Assembly (NCBI GenBank): GCA_039194665.1 | Contig: JBCCVW010000001.1 | Coordinates: forward strand, 1 to 57,301 | Reading direction: 5' to 3' | DNA: 57,301 nt | Source: Actinomycetota bacterium | GTDB lineage: Bacteria; Actinomycetota; Acidimicrobiia; Acidimicrobiales; Ilumatobacteraceae | Shown here: positions 9,469 through 17,394 of the stretch, piece by piece | How positions within the stretch are numbered: position 1 is the first letter of the stretch | Layout: each line of letters begins with the position of its first letter | Notes under the pieces: model-generated | Seen by the model: only the letters and a program-made list of their open reading frames with translations | Told to the model about the DNA's origin: nothing | Databases searched by the model: none | Translations under genes and position numbers: made by a program

Positions 9469-10229
9469 GCCAGGTCGACGACCCACCGACCACGTCGGCC
9501 CCGGGCGGCGAACACGGGCTGCGTCACGCAGTACGCGACGGCGTGGTCGACGTGACGCCGATGGTGATCGGCGTCGTGCCCTTCGCCTTGGCCATCGGCA
9601 CGGCCATCGGTGCATCGACGTTGTCGACTGCGCAAGGTTTGGTCAGCGCGCCGACGATCATGGCTGGGTCGGCGCAGTTGACGATGGTCGAGATGACCAC
9701 CGCCGAGGTGGCGCCGCTCGTGATCATCGCGTCGGCGATCATCATCAACGCCCGCCTGCTGCTGTACAGCGCGTCACTCGCCCCGTGGTTCGCCAACCGT
9801 CCGCGATGGATGCGCTTCGCACTTGCCGTCCCGGTGGTGGACCAGCTGTACTTCACCGCGGCGCCTCGGTTCGCCCGCGGCGACCTCGACGAAGCAGGCC
9901 GAACCGCGTACTTCTGTGGCGCTGCAGCGTGGCTGGTCGGCGCGTGGGTGGTTGCCCAAGCCGTGGCCATCCTCGTCGGCGCCACCGTTCCGGAGTGGGT
10001 CGGTCTCGATCTCGCCGCCCCGTTGGCGCTCGTTGGACTCGTCGCCAAATCGGTCGACACCACACCGGCGCGCATCGCCGCGGCCGTCGCCGGGGTGACC
10101 GCTGTAGCGGCGGTCGGCCTGCCGTTGAACACCGCGATGCTGCTGGCGATCATCGTCGGAATTGCCGTCGGCACGTGGCTGCAACCGAATCCGGCTCGCG
10201 CAACGACAGCGAAGGAGGCAGCGCAATGA
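9465..10229 (+). CDS. azlC: AzlC-family branched-chain amino acid permease/exporter subunit
   Basis: MSQVDD..GVVDVTPMVIGVVPFALAIGTAIG..SAQLTMVEM..IINARLLLYSASLAP, polytopic. ATG 9465 overlaps the upstream stop. The track ORF start at 9375 is rejected. Confidence 0.85.
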   Translation: MSQVDDPPTTSAPGGEHGLRHAVRDGVVDVTPMVIGVVPFALAIGTAIGASTLSTAQGLVSAPTIMAGSAQLTMVEMTTAEVAPLVIIASAIIINARLLLYSASLAPWFANRPRWMRFALAVPVVDQLYFTAAPRFARGDLDEAGRTAYFCGAAAWLVGAWVVAQAVAILVGATVPEWVGLDLAAPLALVGLVAKSVDTTPARIAAAVAGVTAVAAVGLPLNTAMLLAIIVGIAVGTWLQPNPARATTAKEAAQ

Positions 10230-10537
10230 CCACGTGGATCGTGATCGCCGTGATCGGTGCAGTGAGCTACTGCTTTCGCGTCAGCATGTTCGTGATCCTC
10301 GCGGGTCGCACCGTGCCCGCATCGTGGGAGCGACCGATGTCGGTCGTCGGACCAGCAGCGATCACGGCGCTGCTCGCCACGATGCTCTTCACCACGCGAG
10401 GCCAGTTCGATCCGGTCGACATCGGGCGATTGGCCGCAGTGGCGGTCGGATTCCTCGTCGTGCGCCGGACCGGCAACGTGATGCACGCGTTCGCCGCTGG
10501 GTTTCCGGTGTTCTGGGCGATCGACCTGCTGGTCTAG
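10226..10537 (+). CDS. azlD: AzlD-family branched-chain amino acid transport protein
   Basis: 104 aa: MTTWIVIAVIGAVSYCFRVSMFVILAG.., with 3-4 TM helices. There is an ATGA overlap with the azlC stop. It is found inside the long spurious track ORF 9302..10537. Confidence 0.8.
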   Translation: MTTWIVIAVIGAVSYCFRVSMFVILAGRTVPASWERPMSVVGPAAITALLATMLFTTRGQFDPVDIGRLAAVAVGFLVVRRTGNVMHAFAAGFPVFWAIDLLV

Positions 10538-10540
10538 AAC

Positions 10541-11803
10541 GTGGCCGCATCGCTGCTGCTGCGGCGACCGGAAGTTGTCGCCGCGCGAGATACTCGTGCC
10601 GTGCGGTATCGCTTCGACGAGGTCGAGCTCGACACGGCTGCCTACGAGCTACGCGTCGACGGCACGCGCGGCGCCGTCGAGCCGCAGGTGTTCGAGGTGC
10701 TCGCCTATCTGCTCGAGCACCGAGATCGCGTCGTCCCGCGCACCGAGATCCTCGACGCCGTCTGGGGCGATCGGTTCGTTTCGGACAGCGCGCTCGCATC
10801 TCGCATCGCCGCCGCACGTGCCGCGATCGGTGACGACGGCACGGCGCAGCGTTACATCCGCACCGTCCACGGCCGCGGGGTGCAGGTGGTCGCCGACGTC
10901 GAGGTGGTGGCGGCAGTTGCGTCGCCGATCGTCAGTCGTGAGGTTCCCGATCGTCAGCAGACGGTGCGCTTCGTGCGTTCTCGCGACGGGACCGAACTCG
11001 CCGTCGCCTCGGTCGGCACGGGAATGCCGATGATCAAGGTGGCGAACTGGATGACCCACGTCGACAAGGACTGGGACAGTCCAGTATGGCGGCACTGGAT
11101 CGGCGCCCTCGGCGATCGGTTCCGCTTCATCCGCTACGACTCGCGTGGCTGCGGCTTGTCCGAACGCGACCTCGGTGACAGTGACCTGACCGACATCGAC
11201 CTGTGGATCGACGACCTCGATGCGGTTGTCGCCGACCACCAGGTCGACCGCTTCGCGCTGTTCGGCATGTCACAGGGCGCGATTCCCGCGGTGGCGTACG
11301 CCGCGCGACATCCCGACCGCATCTCGCACCTGGTGATCTATGGTGGCTATCGACGCGGAATGCGGCGGCGTGGCGACGCGGCGATGGCCGAAGCCAGCAC
11401 GATCCTCGATCTGATCCGTGTCGGCTGGGGTGGGACCAACCCGGCCTTCCGTTCCTTCTTCACGATGATGTTCCTCCCCGAGGCCACGTCGGAACAGATC
11501 CGGTGGTTCAACCAGCTCCAGGCCGACACGTCGACAGCGGCCAATGCGGCACGGCTCGAAGAAGCGTTCTACGACGTCGACATTGGCGATCTCGCGGCGC
11601 AGGTTGCGGTGCCCACCCTGGTGCTGCACTGCCGTGACGACGCTGCGACCCCCTACGACGAGGGTCGGCGGCTGGCGGCAGCAATTCCTGGCGCCGAGTT
11701 CGTCACCCTCGACAGTCCGAATCACATCCTCCTCGACGACGAGGTGGGATGGCCGGACTTCCTCGCTCACGTCGACGAGTTCGTCGCGCGTGATCAGGCG
11801 TAG
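10541..11803 (+). CDS. Winged-helix (OmpR/PhoB-type DNA-binding) domain fused to an alpha/beta-hydrolase domain
   Basis: N-terminus VRYRFDEVELD..EPQVFEVLAYLLEHRDRVV..SRIAAARAAIGDDG..IRTVHGRGVQ, a paralog of the N-terminus of 6070..8547. The C-terminus is an alpha/beta-hydrolase with nucleophile elbow GMSQG, LHCRDD acid and SPNH histidine. The start is GTG 10541, 3 nt after the azlD stop, with GTG 10601 as an alternative. Confidence 0.8.
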   Translation: MAASLLLRRPEVVAARDTRAVRYRFDEVELDTAAYELRVDGTRGAVEPQVFEVLAYLLEHRDRVVPRTEILDAVWGDRFVSDSALASRIAAARAAIGDDGTAQRYIRTVHGRGVQVVADVEVVAAVASPIVSREVPDRQQTVRFVRSRDGTELAVASVGTGMPMIKVANWMTHVDKDWDSPVWRHWIGALGDRFRFIRYDSRGCGLSERDLGDSDLTDIDLWIDDLDAVVADHQVDRFALFGMSQGAIPAVAYAARHPDRISHLVIYGGYRRGMRRRGDAAMAEASTILDLIRVGWGGTNPAFRSFFTMMFLPEATSEQIRWFNQLQADTSTAANAARLEEAFYDVDIGDLAAQVAVPTLVLHCRDDAATPYDEGRRLAAAIPGAEFVTLDSPNHILLDDEVGWPDFLAHVDEFVARDQA

Positions 11804-13080
11804 TGCAGCTTGGCAGCCGCCTTCGTGAGTTCCTCGCGATGATCCGGGTGGGCGATGTCGATCAGCGTCCGGGCCCGTTCGCGGATCGACTTGCCGCGTA
11901 GCTCGGCCACCCCGAACTCGGTGACCACCTTGTCGACGGTGTTCTTCGGGGTGGTCACGACGTCGCCGGCCGCAAGTCGGGGGACGATGCGTGACGCGCC
12001 ATTCGAGGTGGTGGCGTGTAGGACCACGAAGCCCTGCCCGCCGTCGGAGTACATCGCGCCGCGGGCGAAGTCGTTCTGCCCGCCAGACGACGAGAAGTAC
12101 TTGCCCCCGATGGTTTCCGACGCGCACTGACCGAGCAGGTCGACGGTGAGCGTGGCGTTGATCGACACGAAGTCGGGTTCATTGGCGATGATTCGGGGAT
12201 CGTTGACGTAGCGCACTGCATGCAGCTCGACTGCGGTGTTCTCGTGAAGGAAGTCGTGGAGACGCTGGGTACCGAGAGCGAACGTGCCAACCGTCTTCGT
12301 GCGGTTCAGTCGTTTCTTCACGCCATTGACCACACCGGACTCCAGCAGGTCGATCACCCCGTCGGACAACAGCTCGGTGTGCACACCGAGATCGCGATGA
12401 TCGGCGAGGGCGGCCATGATCGCGTTCGGAATTGCGCCGATTCCGGTCTGAATCGTCGAACCGTTGGCGATGCGCTCGGCGACGAACTCGGCGATTCGTC
12501 GGTCGGTGTCGCCGGGCTGCACCGGCGGCACCTCGACGAGCGGCCGGTCGCTGCGGCACCAGCCCTCGACCTGTGACATGTGCACCTGATTGCGGCCGAA
12601 CGTGCGCGGCATGGCGTCCGTGACCTCGAGAAAGATCCGGCTGCGGCCGATGAAGCTGGCGGTGTAGTCCGCCGACACGCCGAGCGAGAAGTAGCCGTGC
12701 CGGTCGGGTGGCGCCGCGGCCGCCACCACCAACGGGTCCTCGGTGCGCATCCGCATGAGGGCGTACACCTCGCTGAAGTGTGCCGGCACCAACCCGACGC
12801 TGTCGTTGGCGAAGTACGGCCGCGTGACGTGTGACAAGAAGTACGAGATGTGTTTCAGGTTGGGCAGGAACTCGCCTTTGAGGTAGCGCCGATCGTGCAG
12901 CGCATGCATCTGGTGGACGCGCACGTCGTCGAAGCGGTTCGGGTCGGCGGCAGCGGCGTCTTCGATCGCGTCGAGGATCGCCGTCGGCTCGCCATTGGCC
13001 AGGGGAACGATGATCTGGGTGCCTGGCCCGATGTGCGCGAGCACATCGGCGGCTGCGTTCGGGGCCTCGGAGCGGTCCAT
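11794..13080 (-). CDS. Acetyl-CoA hydrolase/transferase family protein (4-hydroxybutyrate CoA-transferase-like)
   Basis: MDRSEAP..GTQIIVPLANGEPTAILDAI..GSTIQTGIGAIPNAI..HTELLSDG..SINATLTVDLLGQCASE..SSSGGQNDFARGA..TTPKNTVDKVVTEFGVAELRGKSIRERA. ATG 13080 is chosen. The upstream 98 codons of the track ORF overlap the NUDIX gene and are rejected. Confidence 0.85.
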   Translation of the reverse strand: MDRSEAPNAAADVLAHIGPGTQIIVPLANGEPTAILDAIEDAAAADPNRFDDVRVHQMHALHDRRYLKGEFLPNLKHISYFLSHVTRPYFANDSVGLVPAHFSEVYALMRMRTEDPLVVAAAAPPDRHGYFSLGVSADYTASFIGRSRIFLEVTDAMPRTFGRNQVHMSQVEGWCRSDRPLVEVPPVQPGDTDRRIAEFVAERIANGSTIQTGIGAIPNAIMAALADHRDLGVHTELLSDGVIDLLESGVVNGVKKRLNRTKTVGTFALGTQRLHDFLHENTAVELHAVRYVNDPRIIANEPDFVSINATLTVDLLGQCASETIGGKYFSSSGGQNDFARGAMYSDGGQGFVVLHATTSNGASRIVPRLAAGDVVTTPKNTVDKVVTEFGVAELRGKSIRERARTLIDIAHPDHREELTKAAAKLHYA

Positions 13081-13123
13081 GCGCACACCGTAGGAGTTCC
13101 ATCGATCCGATACGTTCCGCAGC

Positions 13124-13933
13124 ATGAGCGCAATTCGCACCGTCACGACCACGGACGACGACGTTCCGATTCGCCCGGCGTCAACGGTGATGCTGGTGCG
13201 CGACGCCTCCGACGGTGCCGAGGTGTTGATGCTGCAGCGCACTGCCGGCGCCGCATTCGGCGCTGGCATGTACGTCTTTCCCGGCGGGCGCGTCGATCCG
13301 GCCGACAGCGGGCCCGATGTGGAGGTCTGCTGCCACGGCCACGACGACCGTTCGGCATCCGCCCGCCTGGGCATCGAGCGCGGCGGGCTGGCGTATTGGA
13401 TCGCTGCCGTGCGCGAGTGCTTCGAGGAGGCAGGAGTGCTGCTCGCCGAGCGATCCGACGGTGGTCGCCACGAGCCACATCCGGACGACCGTCACGCCGT
13501 GCACGACGGCAACGTTTCGATGGCGGAGCTGTGTCGCCGCGACGACCTCCGCATTCAACTCGCCGACATCCACTACGTCGACCATTGGGTGACGCCGCGC
13601 GGCGAAGCGCGCCGATTCGATACCCGCTTCTTCGTGGCCGCAGCCCCTGCCGAGCAAACCGCCGCGCACGACAACAGCGAGACCGTCGACAGCCGGTGGG
13701 TGACCCCGGCTGCGGCGCTGGCGCTCCAGGAAGCGGGCGAGCTGGTGATGATGCCGCCGACGATTGCCAATCTGCGTTTCCTCGACGATCACCGATCGGT
13801 TGGCGACATCCTGTCTGCGGCGGCGGAGAAGGATCGCCCCCCGCGCACCGAACCGAAGTTGCGGCGAGACGCCGGAGGCGCGGTGGTCGGCGTCGCAATG
13901 CCCGGCGACGACGACTACGACGCGCTCGACTGA
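13124..13933 (+). CDS. NUDIX-family hydrolase
   Basis: Nudix box region FPGGRVDP...AAVRECFEEAGVLL. 269 aa. Its 3' end overlaps the convergent mrp gene by 19 nt. Confidence 0.75.
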   Translation: MSAIRTVTTTDDDVPIRPASTVMLVRDASDGAEVLMLQRTAGAAFGAGMYVFPGGRVDPADSGPDVEVCCHGHDDRSASARLGIERGGLAYWIAAVRECFEEAGVLLAERSDGGRHEPHPDDRHAVHDGNVSMAELCRRDDLRIQLADIHYVDHWVTPRGEARRFDTRFFVAAAPAEQTAAHDNSETVDSRWVTPAAALALQEAGELVMMPPTIANLRFLDDHRSVGDILSAAAEKDRPPRTEPKLRRDAGGAVVGVAMPGDDDYDALD

Positions 13934-15165
13934 GCGGCCTGCGCGTCGATCTCGGCGAATGCCGCGTTGACCGTGTCGAACAGCCGCGCCGAGCAGCCGG
14001 CCATGTCGACGTCGGGGTCGCTTGGCGGCGCCACCGTGTCGACGATCGTCGCCGCGATTGCGCGAAACGCATCAGCGGCCGGGCCGACCCCGTCGAGGGC
14101 CACCGGTGCCCCAGCGTCGCCGCCGGCAGCAACGCTGGGTTCGAGCGGCACTTGGCCGAGCAGCGGCGCATCGATGGCCTCGGCGAGCGCCGCTCCGCCA
14201 CCCTCGCCGAACAGGGCGTAGGTCGAACCGTGTTCACAGGTGAACGAGCTCATGTTCTCGACCACGCCGATGACGTCGAGAAAGCTCCGTCGGGCCATGT
14301 CGGCCGCACGCTGGGCGACCTTCTGTGCGGCGAGTGCTGGTGTGGTGACCACCACGAGGTCGGTGCTGGGCAAGAGCCGGGCGAGGCCCATCTGCACGTC
14401 GCCGGTGCCCGGCGGCATGTCGATCAGCAAGTAGTCGAGCTCGCCCCAACGGACGTCGCGCAGGAACTGCTCGACCGCCTTGGTCAACATCAGTCCGCGC
14501 CACATCAACGCCGTGTCTTCGTCGACGAGGAAACCGGTGGACACCACCTTGAGCAGGCCGTCGCCGACCCGCCGCTCGTTCGGCATGATCTTCGGCTTGT
14601 CCGAGTCGTCGACCGGCTTGGCTTCCATTCGGTCGTCGATGCCGAGCAGACGGGGCACGCTGAAGCCCCAAATGTCGGCGTCGAGCACGCCCACCGTGTG
14701 GCCTCTGGCGGCGATCGCCGCGGCGAGGTTGACCGTGACCGAACTCTTGCCGACGCCACCCTTGCCGCTGGCAATCGCCAGCACGTTGCACGACAACGGC
14801 ACCTCGGTGTCGGGGGCGTTCTCGCGGGCGTTCCACCGCGCCTTGGTCATCACCGCGCTGCGCTCGTCGGCGTCCATCTCACCCCAGCTGATCTTCACCT
14901 CGCGCACGCCGGGGTGACGAGCGACGCGGGACTCCACGTCGCGCTTGATCTCGGCGCGCAGCGGACATCCACGAATGGTCAGCTTGATCCCGACGGTGAC
15001 GACGCCATCGCCTGACACGTCGACGCCCGGGACCATTCCCAACGTGACGATGTCGGCGCCTAGTTCCGGATCGATCACGGTGCGTAACACGTCGGTCACC
15101 GCGTCGACCGTCGGCGGCTCAACCGAAGGCGATGTCGTTGGCTCGGCGGAACCGGCGTCGGCCAT
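13915..15165 (-). CDS. apbC: Mrp/ApbC/NBP35-family Fe-S cluster carrier ATPase with N-terminal DUF59/MIP18 domain
   Basis: DUF59-like region VTDVLRTVIDPELGADIVTLGMV, deviant Walker A IASGKGGVGKSSVTVNLA, LIDMPPGTGD and VVENMS. The usual CxxC reads FTCEHG, a single Cys. Confidence 0.85.
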   Translation of the reverse strand: MADAGSAEPTTSPSVEPPTVDAVTDVLRTVIDPELGADIVTLGMVPGVDVSGDGVVTVGIKLTIRGCPLRAEIKRDVESRVARHPGVREVKISWGEMDADERSAVMTKARWNARENAPDTEVPLSCNVLAIASGKGGVGKSSVTVNLAAAIAARGHTVGVLDADIWGFSVPRLLGIDDRMEAKPVDDSDKPKIMPNERRVGDGLLKVVSTGFLVDEDTALMWRGLMLTKAVEQFLRDVRWGELDYLLIDMPPGTGDVQMGLARLLPSTDLVVVTTPALAAQKVAQRAADMARRSFLDVIGVVENMSSFTCEHGSTYALFGEGGGAALAEAIDAPLLGQVPLEPSVAAGGDAGAPVALDGVGPAADAFRAIAATIVDTVAPPSDPDVDMAGCSARLFDTVNAAFAEIDAQAAQSSAS

Positions 15166-15204
15166 GAGGGTATTTTACCGGCCAGTTCCGTGTAATCTCA
15201 CCCT

Positions 15205-15960
15205 GTGGATCGGGCCGTTGATCGCGCTGACGAACGCGCTGGGCAAGCAGCACTCCGACCTGAGCGCAACACCGTCGCAACCGATCGCCAGCCGCCTCCG
15301 CTCGACCTGTTGAAGACGCTTGGTGACAACACCCGTTACGCGATCTACCTCGAGCTCGCTCGCTCGTCGCGGCCCTTGACCACGGCGGAGATCGCCGACG
15401 CGCTCGGACTCCACGCCAACACCGTGCGCCCGCACCTCGAGCGGATGCGCGAGCTCGCATTGCTCGACGTCGAGGTGGCCGGACGCGGTGATGTCGGGCG
15501 TCCCCAGCACCGATACTCGGTGGCCGCCGACTCGCCGTCGCTCGGCCTCGAACCGCCGACGATCCCCGTGCTGGCCCGCATGGTGCTCACGCTGGCACGG
15601 CGTCTGGACGCCAGCGGCGACGACGCCGAAGCGGTCGGCCTCGATGAGGGGGCACGGCGGGCAGTGCCCTACGCCAAGGCGCCGTCCGCTCTCGAAGCGG
15701 TAGTCGACGACCTCGACCGGCTCGGCTTCGATCCCGTCGTCACCGCCGCTCCCGATGATGAAGGCGCGATCGTGGCGTTCGCCAACTGCCCGTTCGCCGA
15801 CCTGGCCGCTGAGCACCCTGAGGTGGTGTGCGGGTTGCACCGGGGGCTCGTCGCCGGGTTCGTCGCCGAGATGGGCGACGCCGAAACGTATGAGTTCTGC
15901 ACCCTCACCAGCCGTACTCCGTGTCGTGTCACCGTCAGCCCGCGCTCACTGTCGCAGTGA
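15205..15960 (+). CDS. ArsR-like winged-helix transcriptional regulator with Cys-rich C-terminal domain
   Basis: LLKTLGDNTRYAIYLELARSSRPLTTAEIADALGLHANTVRPHLERM is the ArsR/HTH_20 region. The C-terminus reads FANCPFADLAAEHPEVVCGLHRG..YEFCTLTSRTPC, with 4 Cys. The start is uncertain: GTG 15205 leaves only 39 bp to the divergent mrp start. Confidence 0.7.
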   Translation: MDRAVDRADERAGQAALRPERNTVATDRQPPPLDLLKTLGDNTRYAIYLELARSSRPLTTAEIADALGLHANTVRPHLERMRELALLDVEVAGRGDVGRPQHRYSVAADSPSLGLEPPTIPVLARMVLTLARRLDASGDDAEAVGLDEGARRAVPYAKAPSALEAVVDDLDRLGFDPVVTAAPDDEGAIVAFANCPFADLAAEHPEVVCGLHRGLVAGFVAEMGDAETYEFCTLTSRTPCRVTVSPRSLSQ

Positions 15961-16042
15961 ACGTGGCGTGCACAAGCGGCGGACCGGAGAGGGCGCGACG
16001 CACCACGCCCCGATATCCTGAGATCACCGACTTGGAGGTTCC

Positions 16043-16369
16043 ATGATCACGCTGACCGACTCCGCCGCCGTCAAGGTTCGCCAACTCCTCACCGAGGAGG
16101 GTGCCGACGAACTCGCCCTGCGTGTGGCAGTGCGCCCGGGTGGGTGCAGCGGGTTCTCCTACGAAATGTTCTTCGACGGTGACATCGCCGACGACGACAA
16201 TCGGGCCAGCTACGAAGAGGGTTCGGTCACCGTCGTCGTCGATCCCGCATCGGCGCAGCTCCTCGAAGGCGCCACGCTCGACTACAAAGATGGTCTCGAG
16301 CAGTCCGGGTTTGCCATCACGAACCCAAATGCCAGCCGCACCTGCGGTTGCGGCCAGAGTTTCTCCTGA
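16043..16369 (+). CDS. erpA: HesB/IscA/ErpA-family Fe-S cluster insertion (A-type carrier) protein
   Basis: 108 aa: ..LRVAVRPGGCSGFSYEM..NPNASRTCGCGQSFS, the C-X(n)-C-G-C signature. GGAGG lies 6 nt upstream of the ATG. Confidence 0.9.
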   Translation: MITLTDSAAVKVRQLLTEEGADELALRVAVRPGGCSGFSYEMFFDGDIADDDNRASYEEGSVTVVVDPASAQLLEGATLDYKDGLEQSGFAITNPNASRTCGCGQSFS

Positions 16370-16408
16370 CCGCCGGCCCGTTGGGGCCCTCTCAACGTTG
16401 ACGCCGTC

Positions 16409-17353
16409 TCAGGCCGTCGCGCGGTCGAGCGTGTCGACCAGTTCGGTTTCGTCCCACACCGCGTCGAGCCGCTCGAGGATGATCCCGTTGACGTCGGTCA
16501 CGAACAGCGCGGGCTCGTAGAACATGCCGAGCGCTTCCACGGCGGGAGCGATGGTGGTCGCCGTGTCGTCGGTGTACACCTCGGCGTGCACGAAGGCGAC
16601 CTGGCCGTCGTAGGCAGGCGCTGCCGACACCATGGCGTCGAGCGCCGGCGCGCATGTTCCAGTGGCGCAGAACGCCGGTGTGCCGACGAGGTAGGCCACG
16701 GGCATGCCGAGCCCGAGTGCCTCGGTCAGGGTCACTTCGTGGAACGGGCACGGCTCCGGCTCGCGCGTGCAGATCGGGTCGACGCCGCGGTCGTCGTCGA
16801 AGGTCGGGGTGTCGAACGGCGGCAGCGGTTGGCCCGGGATCGGGACGGGCACGTTGGCCGGGTCGGCGACATCGAAGTTGGCGCCACCCTCTGGCCCACC
16901 GTCGACCACGAGCGCATAGAAGCCGGGCTCGTCGATCACGGGCCGAAAGTCGTAGTACGGGGCCGGTGCGATGTCGCGGCGGACAGCGGTAACCGGATCG
17001 CCCAGCGCATTGCCACCGAGATCGGTGACCTGCGCGGTGAGCGTGTCGGGTCCGTCTTGGATGAGCTGCGCTGCGCCGGTCGACAGGCTCAGCGGAAGAC
17101 GCAGCTCGCCGGGCACCTGAACGCCCTGCGGGAACCGCTGGACCAGCGTGAAGCCGTCGGCGCCGGGCTCGTTGAACGGCTCGAAGTCGCCAGTGGTCGC
17201 CGCAATGTCGCTGCTGTCACTGTCGGATCCACCGCATGCGGCAACGAAGCCGCCAGCGACGGCACCCATGATGAGGGTGCGCCGGCTGAGGCGGGCTTGT
17301 TCGTACAGCCGCCGCTTGTGGAGTGGTGAGGACTGAATTTGTGGCCGTGTCAT
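16409..17353 (-). CDS. Tat-signal lipoprotein of unknown function (possible thioredoxin-like C-terminal domain)
   Basis: Twin-arginine motif SRRTLIMGAVAGGFVAACGG with a lipobox Cys. The C-terminal region has CPFHEV..PAFCATGTCAP. I recognise no family with confidence. Confidence 0.6.
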   Translation of the reverse strand: MTRPQIQSSPLHKRRLYEQARLSRRTLIMGAVAGGFVAACGGSDSDSSDIAATTGDFEPFNEPGADGFTLVQRFPQGVQVPGELRLPLSLSTGAAQLIQDGPDTLTAQVTDLGGNALGDPVTAVRRDIAPAPYYDFRPVIDEPGFYALVVDGGPEGGANFDVADPANVPVPIPGQPLPPFDTPTFDDDRGVDPICTREPEPCPFHEVTLTEALGLGMPVAYLVGTPAFCATGTCAPALDAMVSAAPAYDGQVAFVHAEVYTDDTATTIAPAVEALGMFYEPALFVTDVNGIILERLDAVWDETELVDTLDRATA

Positions 17354-17394
17354 GAGGAGGGTGCGTTGCCTCGGGGGTCGCGGCGTGGGATCGT

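Noticed and set aside
16373-16390. Terminator after erpA (GGCCC-gttg-GGGCC), and a similar 5-bp stem after nadE (GGGCG-act-CGCCC, about 30170).
   Set aside because: These stems are only 5 bp with no U-tract. That is too weak to call on sequence alone in GC-rich DNA.
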